DNA of 64,000 nucleotides, taken from positions 41,652 to 105,651 of the forward strand of contig CAZMVZ010000001.1 in the NCBI GenBank assembly GCA_964570065.1. The letters run 5' to 3'. Origin of the DNA: an uncultured Candidatus Poseidoniales archaeon (GTDB lineage Archaea > Thermoplasmatota > Poseidoniia > Poseidoniales > Thalassarchaeaceae). Shown one piece after another: positions 62,816 to 64,000 of this stretch (its first letter is position 1; the number at the start of each line of letters is the position of its first letter). Below the pieces are notes generated by a model, which did no database searches, was not told where the DNA came from, and saw only the letters and a program-made list of their open reading frames with translations. The translations under genes and the position numbers were made by a program.

Positions 62816-63403
62816 ATGCATGAGGGCATCTTAGTCACTGGATTTGAGCCATTTTCAAATTATAAGAGAAATATATCTCAACAGGTCGTACAATTAATTT
62901 CTAGATCACCAATCTTCGATTTCAATATCAGTACTTCGATCCTAGCAGTAGACGAAACCGGCTCAAGGGAGATTTCCGACAAGATAGAATGTGGAGAAAA
63001 AATTGGAGCAGTACTACATCTCGGTTTCTCTGAAAATGCAAATGAAATACTTCTCGAGAGATACGCTAGAAATCATTTTCAGATGAAAATTGCAGATAAC
63101 TCTGGAAGGAGACTCTCTTCTGGAAAGGTGTCCCCAGGAAAATCAATTCTTGAAACAAAGGTCCCAAGAAACTTCATCGAAAATTATCTAGAGGGCATTT
63201 CAAAAATCAGATGGAACGAAGACGCGGGGGGTTTTGTATGCAATGAGACATATTTTCGTTCACTATTAGCATCCTCAGGAAGACGACTACCGATTGTACT
63301 TTTCATTCACCTACCAAGTGAGAAAATACTCCCTCTTGAAGAACAATATTCCATCATTATTTCGATATGTGAATCTCTGAATAGGATACTTGACTCGAAC
63401 TAA
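62816..63403 (+). CDS. pcp: Pyroglutamyl-peptidase I (pyrrolidone-carboxylate peptidase, C15)
   Basis: N-terminal LVTGFEPF motif, catalytic Cys context GGFVCNETYF, His context LFIHLP. ~195 aa. Confidence 0.85.
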   Translation: MHEGILVTGFEPFSNYKRNISQQVVQLISRSPIFDFNISTSILAVDETGSREISDKIECGEKIGAVLHLGFSENANEILLERYARNHFQMKIADNSGRRLSSGKVSPGKSILETKVPRNFIENYLEGISKIRWNEDAGGFVCNETYFRSLLASSGRRLPIVLFIHLPSEKILPLEEQYSIIISICESLNRILDSN

Positions 63404-63405
63404 CT

Positions 63406-63906
63406 TTATCTTCCCCCTCTTCTAGATCCGAACCATTCCGAGGCCTCTCCAGTTTCCGTCATTGATAACTCGTCACCAACTTCCCTTGGCACAATGTCCC
63501 TCCCGTTATGCCAGGTAGCCTGCTCTAGCCATAGAACAATGTCTCGTCCAGTCAAAGAAATATCCATGGTACCTCCAAGGGGGCCCTCTTCCAAAACAAA
63601 GGAGGCCTTACCTATGGATGCAGACTGCCTCGAGAGGCTGAACATAGTCCCTTCTTCATCAGCCTGCATTGCCATAGCATCAAGAGCTGTGTCAAGTACT
63701 CGGTTTTCCCTCAATATAGATATCAGATTGTCGAGTGAGTCTGCTTTTCCACTTATTACCTCAGAGTCTCTAATTATCGGGAAATCCGAATTTTCTGGGG
63801 TATTCTTCGGACTCCAATCTGGAAAGATTGAGCGAACGGAATCAATAACTTTGCCGGGGTCATCATGACTTCTGACAATTGTTGAAACTAAGATCTCTGG
63901 CTCCAC
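63406..63906 (-). CDS. Hypothetical conserved archaeal protein (166 aa)
   Basis: Clean ORF with coding-like composition. No motif I can assign confidently. Confidence 0.5.
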   Translation of the reverse strand: MEPEILVSTIVRSHDDPGKVIDSVRSIFPDWSPKNTPENSDFPIIRDSEVISGKADSLDNLISILRENRVLDTALDAMAMQADEEGTMFSLSRQSASIGKASFVLEEGPLGGTMDISLTGRDIVLWLEQATWHNGRDIVPREVGDELSMTETGEASEWFGSRRGGR

Positions 63907-64000
63907 ATGACCTCGAACAAATGGAAACTAATAGTGCTAACCGGTCAGAAATCGGTTTGCGCGAATATTCAAACCACTACCAATCGCCGATTAGATGTGG

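Overview
The window reads as a compact archaeal chromosome segment, probably from Thermoplasmatota (for example Marine Group II / Poseidoniales), though I cannot verify that from sequence alone.

The first 15 kb is housekeeping:
- aRF1 with GGQ and NIKS motifs.
- Arginyl-tRNA synthetase.
- A Bcp/AhpC-type peroxiredoxin.
- An M28 peptidase.
- UbiX.
- A class-V aminotransferase.
- A complete lipoate and 2-oxoacid dehydrogenase operon in the order lipA, E1alpha, E1beta, E2, E3, lipB.
- An SDR and FolB-like pterin pair.
- tRNA-Leu(TAA) on the minus strand.

The remaining ~48 kb is an accessory-looking island of giant cell-surface protein genes (984, 2986, 3310, 1434 and 1909 aa, plus a 597-aa one), each reading as one uninterrupted frame. 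These are interleaved with ordinary genes:
- an XPD/Rad3 helicase.
- a ribbon-helix-helix (RHH) regulator.
- an HD dNTPase-like hydrolase.
- glutamate dehydrogenase.
- CDP-archaeol synthase.
- PurD.

The strongest finding is the 3310-aa ORF. It carries a recognisable AglB/STT3 oligosaccharyltransferase core (DPWY...YP.GG, TIxE and WWDYG motifs). That core is preceded by an extra ~11-helix membrane domain. It is followed by ~2300 aa of extracellular Ig-like, TSP3 and EF-hand-like calcium-binding repeats and a C-terminal membrane anchor.

The 2986-aa protein combines TSP3/EF-hand repeats, a transglutaminase-like cysteine-protease core, a long Ig-like stalk, a membrane anchor and a cytoplasmic DUF4129-like tail.

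Three other surface proteins share a C-terminal transmembrane helix followed by an acidic cytoplasmic tail with a recurring E-Y-x-x-x-I-P / T-P-x-I-P motif. This may be an undescribed sorting or anchoring signal.

The island also encodes a membrane subtilisin, a wHTH-NTPase-TPR (STAND-type) regulator, an MBL-fold hydrolase and a pyroglutamyl peptidase. I found no CRISPR array, transposase or integrase.

All annotations come from reading motifs in the translated ORFs. No database searches were run.
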